A stretch of 63,621 bases of DNA, the filler included, from Collodictyon triciliatum (taxonomy: Eukaryota), in NCBI GenBank assembly GCA_043381765.1. It is 4 parts of 4 records of this genome, joined end to end, with 100 filler letters (N's around TTAATTAATTAA, not from the genome) between each part and the next. Parts side by side here need not be neighbours in the genome. Positions count along the whole stretch, not along the records: positions 1 to 31,370 come from JBHJMP010000128.1; 3 more parts are not named here. One strand, given 5' to 3'. Of the stretch, positions 12,001 to 30,500 are shown in pieces. Position numbers and translations under genes: made by a program. Within the stretch, counting starts at the first letter, position 1; each line of letters begins with the position of its first letter. A model generated the notes under the pieces. It made no database searches. It saw nothing but the letters and a program-made list of their open reading frames with translations, and was not told where the DNA came from.

Positions 12001-13959
12001 TACCATATTATATTTTCTTTCTTATTTCTCAAATACAGCTGTTTCCCTCTCATGTTTGGGATTTATTGATTTTATCCAAACAAAAGGACATCATGAAAGG
12101 CCTTGATCAAGAGAGTATCACAAGCGAAAATGGACCGAATGGAAGGCCAAATAGCAAGCGCTCAAAAAACAAACCAGAGGATAACTCAAATCACTCTTCA
12201 CATGGAGGCATGTCTTACATAACCCGAAAGATGTCTGAAGTGGAGCGACAAGAGGAGGTGGGTGGCAATATGCATCGATTAATTAATTTTATAATCGACA
12301 TACCACTACATATATCATCTCGATTTGACGCAAGGGAAATACTACTCTAATATTCTCTCTTATTAAATTAGATTGAAGCTGCTGGGACTTCTGCAGGAGT
12401 TCCACCAATATTGAAGAGAGTTGTCCCTAATCTTACTCTCTCTAAGTATAAACGGCTGTTAAAAGACCCAGCCTTCCTTCATACGCCCATATCTGTATGC
12501 GAGACCTGTTGTCTTTCGATGACAGATAGGTCTGTACTCCAAGCATTTTTCTTCATTTTTCTTCACATTCCTGGGGAAAAAACCACCACCACCACAGCTA
12601 ATATGTATCATTAGTGCCCTTCTTACTGTGAGAGAAGAGATGGGACAGCCCGAGCCGAAGCAGCGGTTTTTACCTTACATAAGACCAAGATTTCAGCAGT
12701 CGAGGTAATAGAGAGAAGTGACATTGCTGGACAAAAATAGCATGTCGATATTGCATCATGTATTCTCTTTTCTAAAGAAAGAAATACGATAAGGAGAGGA
12801 GAGGGAAAAAAGAAAAGAAAAGAAAAGAAAAGAAAAGAAAAGAAAAGAAAAGAAAAGAAAAGAAAAGAAAAGAAAAGAAAAGAAAAAGAACTGGCTTGTA
12901 ATTATTCCACTCATTCTAAACTTTATCATAATATAGTAAAACTGGCAATCCTATGGAAAAGCAAATGGGAGGGAATTATGAGGTTAGTGACCGTCGAAAT
13001 CAAAAGATATGGTTCAGTTTAATTGAGTGCCCATTGCTTATTCCTTGAAACTAATAGAGGCATGAAGGAAAACAAAACAAGACGAAAACTGTAGGAGGTA
13101 AAGGGTTTCTCCATTTTTTTTAGAGAGGAAGTCAAACGAATAATTATGATAGATTATCAATTTGTATTCAGCTTGAATTATGATATTTCAAATATATTAA
13201 TTGCAGCCAACCTAACATCAAATAACCAATCCTCAATCAAAGCACACGAACCAAAGTTAGTCATTTATTCCATACTCGAACAAATTTATTCACCAACTTA
13301 TTGGGTGCCCTGGTACAATATTATATTATCATATGTCAATTTTAGTCACATTTTTTCACCAAATTTTGCAGAGACGAAAAGAATGGTATCCATCAGAGAC
13401 CTCCAAAAGCTAAACATAACAGAATGGAGTCACCAATCCCGGTAGAGCCTGCTTCTTTATCACCAGAAGAGAAGCTCACTGGGAAGCCGCCATCACCCCG
13501 TAAACTTAGCTTCAAAAGTAGGAAGAAAAAAGTCCAAGAAGACGAGGTAATGATGCAAATATATTCTTTGCTTTTACAGAGAGAATTCCAAAACCATAGA
13601 TAAGACTCTGCTGTGAATATCCGCTATGTGCAGCCTTGTTCAAGAAGCAATCTATTCGGTCTTTATAGCGCCATGAAGACAGTTCCTTGGAGACAGTCGG
13701 CATGTCAAAATCAGCACCAACAACTATCCATGATAAGTCTCGCGACGTTCCCAAGTCTATGTCCGAAGCAAACCCACCACACAGGTGTGAGCCAAGTGGC
13801 ATGGAAGCTCACACGGTTGATACTCTGACACAAAAACCGCACAGCGCACATGACCTGCACGAGACAGAAACTCAGGGTAGCACAACAGTCGAAACAACCA
13901 TCATTGCAGTTATTCCAAAGCTCGACTTTTCCAAACTCCACCGGCAGAAGAAATCGTGA
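9097..13959 (+). CDS. Uncharacterised protein (~18 exons) with ATP-grasp/tubulin-tyrosine-ligase-like motifs, CPSC...CETC putative Zn site and low-complexity C-terminus
   Basis: Continuous in-phase GT-AG exon chain from ATG 9097 to TGA 13959. Motifs: IPDTV, [72 protein letters not shown]...KDPAFLHTPISVCETC. The gene model is well supported but the function is inferred. Confidence 0.75.
12806..12890. repeat. (AAAAG)n microsatellite
   Basis: Directly visible; intronic. Confidence 0.95.
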
Positions 13960-15028
13960 AGAGAGAAAGTACAATAGTCGCGATGCGTGTGAATATGTAC
14001 TTTAATTCCACTGTGAAAGCGCTATGTTTTTTTCCTCTCATTCTTCTGAAACCTAAACCCGACCCTATTGCTTTTCAGCAACCTTTGATGTGGGGTAGTT
14101 TTGCTCTCATTCCTGCAATACTTAAAGTCATGGTTAGCGACACGACCTAATCATCTTATTTTCCTCCTTGTTTCTTTCAATGCTTGGTCATTCCCTCAGT
14201 GCTTGAAGGAAATGGGTTGTATATTCTCTCTTTGCTGCGCCATGCAAACACGTGATTCGTCCATATCTCTGACATATTTAACTAATCTTCTTGCTCCCCC
14301 AATGGCAGATTTCTGCACAGCAAGGCACAGATATTGCAAAAAAAATAAAATCCAGAAATAAATAACGACACCCATATGTGGACTTTATGTGCTGGACAAA
14401 ACTGGAGCAGTTATTTGAAATTTCTCTGCCTTCCCACGATTCAGCGCTCCTCCAACAGACCATTCGCACTCGATGCATAGGCGGGCGAACTACATCGACG
14501 AGAGGAAGGATGCCTCCGATACACTAATCTCCTCCCCTGTTCTTTCGCTTCGATGCGGGCTTCAAGAAGCGGCCAAAGGGAGCTGTGAGCAGAAAACTGA
14601 CAAGCCACAGAAGCCTTTCTTTTCTCTGTTTTTCTTTACTTTATTTTTCTTTTTCAGTTTTTACTTAGCTTTCAAATTAAATCAGAGTGAGGTGTGGAAT
14701 GACTATTGTAGAGTTGCTCCTGGCTGGGCCGAGGAATACTCATCTTTCGATTTCAGTGCTTTTTTTCTTCTTCGAGACTTTGCCTAGTAAAAAAAAAAAA
14801 ACCGAGTGTGAAGCGAGTCCCATACAATTCCTCACAAAATAGAGGCCAAGAGAAGAGCCTCTTTTTCTTCCCCTCGTTTTCTCAGCCTTTGCTCACTCGT
14901 TTCCTTTGACAATGTCTCGTCTGAGACGATATGCCAACTGGATCAAGCTGAAACCACAGTTGCGATACCTTTATCATGCAGATAGTTTGAAGATGCGAGC
15001 AGAGCCCACTTTCCCATCTTCCCGCTAT

Positions 15029-15032
<4 letters not shown>

Positions 15033-15093
<61 letters not shown>

Positions 15094-15099
15094 TTTTTT
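15033..15099. repeat. (CT)n plus poly-T
   Basis: Directly visible. Confidence 0.95.
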
Positions 15100-15378
15100 A
15101 TCACAGTTTTTAGGTAGAAAACCGATCGAGGCGTTTACACAGGACCCATGCAAACTTTTCTTCTCGCTTAGGATTCTCTGGGTATTCGATCCGCTGGGTT
15201 CTCTGCTCTTCTCGACAAGGGATTACACACTATTCGCTTCCATTGTCTCTGCAGCTGCTAAGTTGTTGCGAAGAATATAAGGAGACCAAGTCACTCCGGA
15301 GGGTGCCATCGCCATTTCCATTATAATTAGGCCATAACAAGTCGTATTTTACGAAGAAAAAGAGAGAACGAAAAGAGC

Positions 15379-18300
15379 ATGTTCCTCAAGATCAACCAGT
15401 TGCCTATTCCCCAGCGTATGGTTCTTTTTTTCTTCATTTGACTCAAACTGTACCACAGTTTATTCATTTATGACTTCTCTGCACTCCTTACGCTTGTAGA
15501 AATAATCTTAAAGCCACACGTGGTTTTGTGCTTTATACTCTACTTTGAAAATTCATTACATTACTACGCTGGTTTATATATTAAATTGAGCTCAATAACC
15601 TTCACACTCTCCAATTATCAGAAGATGAAACAGAAAAAAAAAAGAAAGGAAATACATAATTGTACTTTAATTTTTTATGTGTATAATGTGATATTCTTTT
15701 TATTCGATTAAAGTAAAATTTTGTTGAAGATTGAGGAAGTAGAGAATCGAGTTGTTTGACTTACCCTAGACTTGCTTTCCTGACAGACTCGGAGATTTGC
15801 ACGTCTGTTGGATGGACACAATCAAACGAATGCTTTTCATGTGGAGATGATGGGCGAATTCTTCGCTGGAACATGGCTGGAGAATTTATTGGTGAACTCA
15901 TAAAGTTAGAAACTGCATTCACATCGGTTCAGTTCTTTAACGCAAAGCAACGACAGACTTCTCTCAATGACATCTTTATAGCAGCTTGCACTGATGGTAT
16001 GTCGTATGACTTATCGATACATATTTTTACACACTTTTCTTTGGAAGTATTCGAATGTGCTTAAATAGCGAATCGATGTAATGTGTTACTACGAGATATT
16101 ATCGAATGCCCTATCGGTTAGATTAAATGAGCTCTCTTCGTGTCATTCAGGAAATGTGAGGCTTCTCACCATTGGTGGTCGCTTGGAAAAACAAGTGGAG
16201 GCCCATCGTGGGGCTGTTCTGGCAATCAAATGGTCTGGTGATGGAACATCTTTTGTCAGTGGCGGTGAAGATGGGTTTATCAAGACATGGTCGAAAGCCG
16301 GAATGCTTCGTTCTCAAATATTTCAATCTTGTAATACTTACTCTGATAGATTTCTACAATATGCTGCCATATAATCAACTGAATTTTTTTATCTCAATTA
16401 ATGTATAAATCCGTCTGTGTATATTAGCAAATCCGGTTTATGCTCTTTGTTGGAGCCCTACCAACGATGCCATCTTATTTACCTCGGGAAAAGAGCTGTG
16501 TATAAAGCCTCTTCAATCGACATCAAAAACAATCCAATGGAAAGCACACGATGGATTGGTATTGAAAGTCGATTGGAATCCCATCAATAACCTTATATTA
16601 AGCTGCGGAGAAGATCGAAAATACAAGGTTATTTCAAAATACCACAAGTCATGTAATTATGATTCATTCCCAACTCTCGCGATGAATCAAATGAGACCTC
16701 ATTTTACAATAAAATCAATCTAATAACTTCACTTTGTATTCCCTTGCCATTACCTCCTATAGATTTGGGATCCATTCGGAAGGCTTCTATTCCAGAGCCA
16801 GCAGGCTGAAAATGTCGTTACTTCGGTCTCATGGTCTCCCGATGGTGAGCTCTTTGCTGTCGGCTCCTACAACACACTTCGAGTCTGCGATAAAGCAGGG
16901 GTATTGCACTGTCTTAAAAGCATCTCCTAGTCTCCACCCGCAATCCACTAACTCACATTTACTCGACTTTATTTTATCCGAAGTCCTTTTCTTTCTTAAC
17001 TATATACTTACTTTTCTCAGTATACACGGGTTTTTGTATGCGAGATTACCCTCTGTCACCATCACCTCTTCTTTTCATATATACGAACCCCGTGAATAGC
17101 CCGAATCAAATCCAAACGGTGAAATTCTAAATCTTGTCGTCGTTATTTCTGTTCTAGTGGACATATTCTCGCATCAAATCAGAAACAGGAAGTATTTTTG
17201 ACATCGCGTGGACATCCGACGGCACACAATTCTCTGGTGGCGGTGGGAACGGTTCTGTGGCATTTGGACACATGACTGGATGGTAAGTTTTTATTCAGCT
17301 GATATGTGCTAATCGCATTCTGTTTTCTCATGACATTTAGAGTGTGTACTACCACTTTATTACTATCCGGCACCAAACAATACATTCTACTCGTCCCTCG
17401 TCGGTATTTTTTTTTTATTTACAAATATTCAGGAGACTAGAGACAAATTCGCTCAGCTTGACAATCGAAGACTACAATAAAATATCTGTAAGGGACGTCC
17501 AATCTGATGGTGTTGAGTACCTGGATTTTAAAGACCGCATCATCAAGACATCTCTTGGGTATGGGCATCTTGTCGTGGCCACTTCAACCCAGGTAAGTTT
17601 TCCTATATCGCAACGATACCATCACCTTTCGCATACAATGCAGTTAAGCAACCGACTTTAACCAATTTAGAAGTCAAAGGTGTTTTTTTCTCTCCTTTCT
17701 TTCCATTTCCGAACATAATTTTAAATTAATTCATATAACCTTCGTCTAACCGTTGTGCTATCCTTATATTACTTTTAGGTCGTCATCTACACCACCGATA
17801 ACTGGAATACACCTCAGATATTCGACATCAAGGATATTATCAACTTGATTAAACAATGCGAGAAGTATACAGAGCCATCTACTTCTCTAAACAATTACTT
17901 TATCTAACATCATTTTTAAATCCGCCATTCCTTCTGCTCTCGCTGAAGGCTTTTTTTTCCAAAAAAAAAAAGACAATTAAAAGTCAAACTGTAATTACTA
18001 CTGTCAAAACTAATAAATACAATCCCTTATTCTCTCCACTTTTTTTCCCCATCTTCTCGTTTCTTTATCGTACCAGGTACTTCCTCACCGTTGATAACTT
18101 GAATGGAATTCAAGTATACACATATGACGGTCGCGTCGTGTGCAATCCGAAAGCTCCTAATCTCCGCATTGACAACTTAAATACACAGCTGATATCCATG
18201 TGCAACGACGCCATCGCCGTCATCGACCGCACAGACCCAAAAAGTAATTATCTATTGCATAACAAATTTATCAAACTTATTCGTACCTGGAAAGATTCTT

Positions 18301-20254
18301 TTATCAATTGGCATGCTCAATTTAATTCTAGGCCGACTCCAATATTCTCATATGTTGATACATACCAATTCAATCTCATACTTACCGCGCATTCTGCAGA
18401 TGTTCTCCTCTTTGACACGGCAACAGGCCGGCAAATGGCTGTGTCGATCAAGCACAGCATCGAAATATCAGAGTTATATCTTGAACAAAGTGGAATCGCA
18501 TCCGAAAGGAAGTTGGCCATTATTGACCGGAATCGCGAGCTGCATGTGACGTCTATTTCAAAGGTACATCAAATTCAATGAACTACCCATATCGAAACAA
18601 GAGATGTATAGGAAACACACATTCTCTTATCACTATATATCAACTCTATATTACTTCCCTATTCTCGGTGCTGTACACTTCTTTTATTTTTATTTTTTTT
18701 TTTAAAAAAAAAACAAAAAACAAAGCAAACACAGTCTCGTACATAATAATATGCTTACCCTAACTCAATACCAATACATAAGCCTAACCTCGTCAAGATT
18801 GGGGCCATGGTTAGCTCTGTGATTTGGCACGATTCGAGCAGCATGCTAGTTGCCCTTATGGATCAAAAGTTCATTGTTTTTCACTATCCCCACATCGTCT
18901 ATGTCGACCGCGACCTGCTCAACTCTACCAAGTTAATCCGCGATGCGGTGTAAGTCCGTTTGCAACAGAGCCATTCAAAGAGCACCGCACATCGCATTAT
19001 TCCTGGCGCACACCCAAACTCCTTCGACATTCTGCAGCTCCAGTCCACATTCAAAGCTTTTGTCTTCTCGTTCCGCTGTTTGCAACCTTCCTTTCGCATG
19101 TAAATGCCTTTTTAATCACGGGAATAACATGCAGGGAGTTCGGGGCAAACCCGCAGCTCGTCAGCTTCAACGGCACACAAGTGACCATCCGCAGAAATGA
19201 CGGGGCACTCCTGACGACCACCGTATCTCCTTATCCTCAACTCCTCTATGAAAAGTGCGGCAAGCAGGACTGGAACCAGGCTGTCATCCTATGTCGCTAC
19301 GTCAAGGTACCGGCCAAACTTTTGACAGTCATGAGAAGGAAAAAAGAAACGTACTGAAACCTTGCCGCTCTATCCACCACAACTTGCACAGGACCCGATT
19401 CTGTGGGCCACGCTTGCTGCCATGGCCATCAACGGGAAGCATCTTCCAACAGCCGAGGTTGCGCTCGCATCCATAGACGAGGTTCGTGGGCGTGTTTTTG
19501 CCTCTGCTCTTTTACTATATATTGAAAAATTAGAAGGAAAGAAGAATCTCTTTCATGCACCTCGCTAGCCGATCAGCCCGCATCTGAAAACCCCCCTTGT
19601 GCTTGGCGCGAGTGCAGGTCGAGAAGCTGCAGTTTATCCTGTGGGTATCCGGGCTGCCGCGCGAGGACATGAGAACAGCCATGATCCACATGTACAGACG
19701 CAACTTTGACGAGGCAGAGGCGGTCTTGATTCAGAGCCAGCTCTACTACCGCGCAATCAAGATGCGGATTCGCTGCTTCGACTGGGACAGGTTTTTTTTT
19801 TCCCTCTCTGTAGTCATGCATGCAGCTCGGCTGATGCCAAGGCGACTCTCTCCAAACAAACAAACAAACAAACAAACAAACAAACAAACAAACAAACAAA
19901 CAAACAAACAAACAAACAAACAAACAACTTACAGACTTGCATTAGGGCCTTCGACATAGCCGTGAAGCACAAAACACACGTGGACACAGTCTTGTACTAC
20001 CGCCAGAAATACCTTGCGTCTGTCTCCAAGGCCGAGACCAACCGCCGCTTCATCCAGTACGCACAAGGAGTGAGTCTCATGCAGCCTAATCCACACCATT
20101 TTCTTTTCCCGACCACGCTTCTCTCGCGTCTGCCTGGCATGACCATTGATGCATATGCGCTTCAACACCCATGCCGCAGGTCACTATCGACGAGGCAACA
20201 ATTCGGGCCAAAATAGCGGAGGAAAAGGTGAAGGAGGGGCGCGGCGCCGAGTAG
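15379..20254 (+). CDS. IFT80: Intraflagellar transport protein 80 (WD40, IFT-B)
   Basis: MFLKINQLPIPQHSEICTSVGW...SCGDDGRILRWN, EKQVEAHRGAVLAIKWSGDG...GGEDG, WKAHDGLVLKVDWNPINNLILSCGED, DFKDRIIKTSLGYGHLVVATSTQ, WNTPQIFD, RRNDGAL, AVKHKTHVDTVLYYRQKYL. Colinear with known IFT80; all introns GT-AG. Confidence 0.97.
19854..19928. repeat. (AAAC)n microsatellite in IFT80 intron
   Basis: Directly visible. Confidence 0.95.
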
Positions 20255-20538
20255 ACTGCAGCCCACTTACGCGCACCGAACCCCTCAGCCGCAGCAGACA
20301 TACAAGCAAATAAAGAGAAAGGCAAATGGACACGCTTTGAGAGTAGTGCGCTGGAAGTGAGGTTGCTTTGATTCGTTGTCTATTTAGGGGACAAACAGCC
20401 AGCAGGCATTGTAAGTATTGGGAAACCGAGACAGGAGAAGGATGGAGAGTGGGCTAAAAGAACATGGTGTGTATGAACAGGCCGCAGCATTTTGGCCGAG
20501 GAGACGGAGGAGGACAGGGAGCGAAGGAAGAGGGAGGT

Positions 20539-25608
<5,070 letters not shown>

Positions 25609-26159
25609 CACACGAGTCTCCCACAACGGTCTTCCTACAAATCAAGGCATGAGAAAAACCCCCACACGGTTTGGAATCACCCGCCTGATGAGCAAAGCTT
25701 CAACTTTCCCACACACCCGACAACCAAGCCAAACTCCTTCCTTGCTCCACCCAACAGCCGCCCTTCAGCCCAAGCGATCGCTAAAACGCCCCAAAAGCCA
25801 AAAAGCACAAAGCAGAAACCGTTTATCGAATGTGGAAAATATTTTTTTCAAAAGGAAAGTCCTCATTTCAGCCGCAGAACCCCTTCACGATGCCACCCAC
25901 ACACCTCCACATACAAGAGGCATACATCCCATCTCACTTCAATGGCAGGATGGTGCATATGTTCCCGTCTGACAGACTCTGTCTCTCCTCAACAAATACG
26001 GTGCGCAAAAGCAGACTCTCTGTCCAGCCTAATACCTCCTTCGTAATCGAACTCGTCGCGGTTGAATCCAGCAGGCCGCTTCCTTTCCCTGTCATCCTCT
26101 TCGCCACTTCACAGATCCTGACGCAAACACACATCCAACCAGATCATCTCTTTGCAAGC

Positions 26160-27347
26160 ATGTCGCTCAAGCCCGGACCCGAAGACTCGATCGAGAGCAT
26201 CATTCTGGAGCATCATTCCGACGCGGAGAACGACTCTGGCAGAAACAATCTCACTGGCGAGGCAGACTTTGAAGAAACTGCCGGCGACGAAGACGATTTC
26301 TATGACTCGGACGACAGCGATCTCGGCTTTGGTCCAAACCACAGCCAATCAGGCCGACGCAACGGATCGCACCTGAGGCGATCGCAACGCCAAACCTTCC
26401 CAAAGAGCTCGCAGTCACTCAGCCGCAACAGAGATCTGGACTTTGACGCAGATCCGAGCGGGAATTCACTCGAGGGCGAAGCAGACAGTCTCGAGGGCGA
26501 TTCAGAGGCACATCTCTTCCCAGCCGACGAGCGCAGCACTTATCTGCCCATGGACTACGATGACGGCGGCCTTGGCCTGGTCATTGTCAGCTCCAAACAG
26601 CCTCAACATCAGCAATCTCAACACCAATATCAAGGGCCATCGGGTCCAGAAACAAAGCCCCCAGCTTCTCTGGCTGCTGCTGCCATTACTGCTACAAAGC
26701 CTCGTGTGGCTGTAGCCTCGCTCGACCCCGAAGGAAATCTCGTTATTCTGGCGGCCTCTGAATACCAAATGGGTGCAGACGTGCCATCGCCTCCGGCTAC
26801 CGCAGGCTCGTCAAAGCGCACATCTCTCTCCGGTCCCAGTACTGTGCGCCCAATCCGCTCTCCAAAGCTTGAATCTGGTGTTGACCCAGGGATGAAGCCT
26901 GCGCAAAGGGAGAAGGTGTTTGCATAGATGACTTGTTTTTTAGCATCTTCTGTATACATACACTTTTTCTATTATACGCACCTCTGCGTCGGTGATAGTC
27001 TTTGCGTGGATTTGTCATGGTGTTCAATGTATTATATCCTTTCATTCATTCCTTTTTATAATTGTTTTGTTTTGTTTTCATAATTTTGTTGCATTTCCTG
27101 ACATGAACTTGTCTTTCGGACGAACTGGGGGTTGTCCTGAATCATGTATTGTTGTATGACATAAAACTATCTAACCCAAAAATCATCCTATTTCCTGTTT
27201 GTATGCGCGGCGGTGTCAAAGGCCCCACAACAAGGTTTCTTTTATTATTGTTATTACTATTACTATTACTATTACTATTACTATTACTATTACTATTACT
27301 ATTACTATTATTACTATTATTACTATTATTACTATTATTACTATTAC

Positions 27348-27443
<96 letters not shown>

Positions 27444-27498
27444 TATCATTATCATTATTATCATTATCATTATTATCATTATCATTATTATCATTATC

Positions 27499-27530
<32 letters not shown>

Positions 27531-30500
27531 CATTATCATTATCATTATCATTATCATTATCATTATCATTATATAATGATATTAACAGCCCCGTCCACGT
27601 GAAAAATTTTCCCCCACCGAATAGCCTTTTAAAATAAATTCTTGATACGTTTTATGAGCCACATTCCAACTGACACTTTTACATCAATAAAACCAGATAT
27701 TGCTGACTCAACGAGGGACTTAGGTTTTTTCTTTTAAATAACAAAATTGTATTGTATGAGCACAATACACATAATTTTGGGACAATGATTCTCATTTATG
27801 TCACTATATCGGAGAAAGATATACCTCGAATAAAGGAAATAATAGAGAAGAAATATATGCATTTTATTATGATTGGCCTAAAAAAAGAAAAAAAGTTAAC
27901 TATCTAAATATTGAAAAAAATTTCTAGTATCAGAAATCTTTGGAGACGATGTTTCCATAAATCTCTCCTCCAAACAAAGTCAGGACAGAATCCAGACCCT
28001 CTCAGATATTACGACATCCATCAGTGCAATGACAAACCCAAAGGTTCTTTCTCTTTAGAAGGACAATAAAGCGAATAATACCAGAACTACGAATCAATAT
28101 TTGTCGTGTGTGTGTGTTTTTTTTTTATCAGATCTTGCACTACATCCCATTTAAAATATATATGTGTGCATGCTAATCTCAATTCATTAGCCGTTAGTTT
28201 TTGATTGTATCTGCCAAATCATCCAAACATGTTTATCAGGTTTGTCTTATTATTTTAGCCTTACCACCTGAAATCAAACTTCTTTCATTTATAACTGTAC
28301 TGCAATAATGATGATATTTGGAAAAATACACAAATGAATATTTTATGAACACATATGTGTTAAAACTATTTATTAATATTTTGTCTTTTGTCAACGACAC
28401 ATTCATACATATTTCTAATGGCAAATATTTTCCATAAACTAAGATTCTGTCCCAAAAGTTGTGTTCGGAGCCATAAAACTTTCAGAGTTGGCTATGAGTA
28501 GACTTTAATCTCATACTACAATTGATATCATATGATCGGTATTCATATGTTCCTGAGGGTGTTGATTATATCCTCTGCATAGTTTTAACAAGAAAGTAAC
28601 ACTATGCCAAAACCCCATTCCCATTTCTCAATGGGAGAAAAATGATATGACTTTTTTTGATATATTTAAATTTCATAAAATTATTGGCAGGTCATGTCGC
28701 ACCAAATATACCCTATGCTGGAGTAGCCAAAGGTGCATTGGTTATGGTTCCTCTTCTACTTACAAAGTCAGCTGATAGCAATGCTAAAGTTCGCGACATG
28801 GCTATCGCTTGTCTTGAAACATTCGCGCGATACCCTGTATGTCTTAACTCGCATCATTTGAACCTTTTTTTTTTCACTATATTCGATTCAAAGTACATGA
28901 GTTGAACTAAATATACTTCATATTAATGCATAATCATGTATATACTTTTCAAAAATGTGCCAGAAGATTTTTATCTGAATTACACGCATAACTCTTTCAC
29001 ATCATTAAATGTCTATATTCCATATAAAAATGGAATGTAGCAAACATTTGAGGTAATGGGACCACTTCTTTGCAACATCGAAAGTGGCTCAAGTTGGAGA
29101 CACATCGTTTCGAGACTTACTATTATGGTTCGTCCACATTTTCTGTCTGACAGATACTTATTTTGATTCTCTGATTGATTATTTTAATATTTTTTTTTAA
29201 AAATTATTACTTATATTTACGGAAATAACCCCATTACAATATCACAATACGCTCTCCATTCAGGCTACCATTATTCCAGCATGTGGGTTTCACGAACAAA
29301 TGTCATTCGAGGTAGCCGTGTTTCCTTGTCTTGTATTCCAGCTAGCATGATATGAACCGACATGCATTATTAACTACAAAAGTGGACGGTGAATCTTCTA
29401 TATATTTTCTTGTTTTTAAATAAAAACTTCCCCGACTGTCTAGAGCATTATGACATTTACGTCCACCGCGTTACAGAATGCGAACAGTAATGTAAGAAAG
29501 GCGGCAATAGCTGTTACACTTCAGGTACATAGCTGTGATTTCATTCGATCCCCTAGCTGGTTGTTCTATGGAATATCCACTGAATGCTCAAATAACATAC
29601 CATGAATATAGGTGTACAAGCTTGCTGGGCCAAAAACAGAAGAATATCTTCGCAATCTGAATCCGGCCCTACTGAAAGTAATTTTTTTGACACATACTAA
29701 ATTTTGCTTATAATAATATCGAGTCAAATAGGTATTTAAGGTTGCTAATTCTTACATATTTGACGAAAGCTCCTTAATAATGAGCTTCAGCTTGAAACCG
29801 GCAATCCAGAAGTTTTACCAATTAGTCGATTAGAACAGAACCCACCTAGGAAAGGTTAATATTACCATGAACTATTTAATTTATCTTTTTCATTTTTTCA
29901 TTCATTCATTTATTTTACAATCACTGTGTTATCCTATTATTTCAGATATATGAGAAATTGAAGCATATTTTTTTTTAATGGTTGTATTGATTTATTTAGC
30001 TGAAGTAACTCCACAAGAACTTGAGCAGTTGAGTGAAGCAGACTTGCAAACAGCCACGCCCATGTTCGCAATATTTGGAGAACGATTTGTCTTAGTTCTG
30101 TTTTATCGAAACCTTGCCTGTCGAAAACAACAACTTATGTTTGAATTAATATGGTATCATTTATCATGTTTTTTTTTTTTAATAAATTTTCTGTATGATT
30201 GTCATGCATTTTACCGACAGAACTGCTTCTCTAAAACATGGTCAACACGCGAGTCAGCATACAATAATATGGAATCCATTCTTACACAAGCGCGAGGAGA
30301 AACTGTATACTTGATTCATTATACCTTTAACCTGCAACCGCCTTGATATATCACTTTTCCCTTAGTAGTTACTAAATGAACGAATATACAGCGTGACGTG
30401 TTCTGTGCTAGCTGCATTCTCATCTTACATGGTTTACAAGACTCAGTTCCTCAGGTGTATTTGTCTGCAATCAAGTCATTGGATGCATCGATCTGTAAGC

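Noticed and set aside
27149-27637. Long poly-L/I/Y ORFs, and similar poly-F/K/N and X-filled ORFs elsewhere in the track
   Set aside because: Translations of intronic microsatellites or N-gaps.
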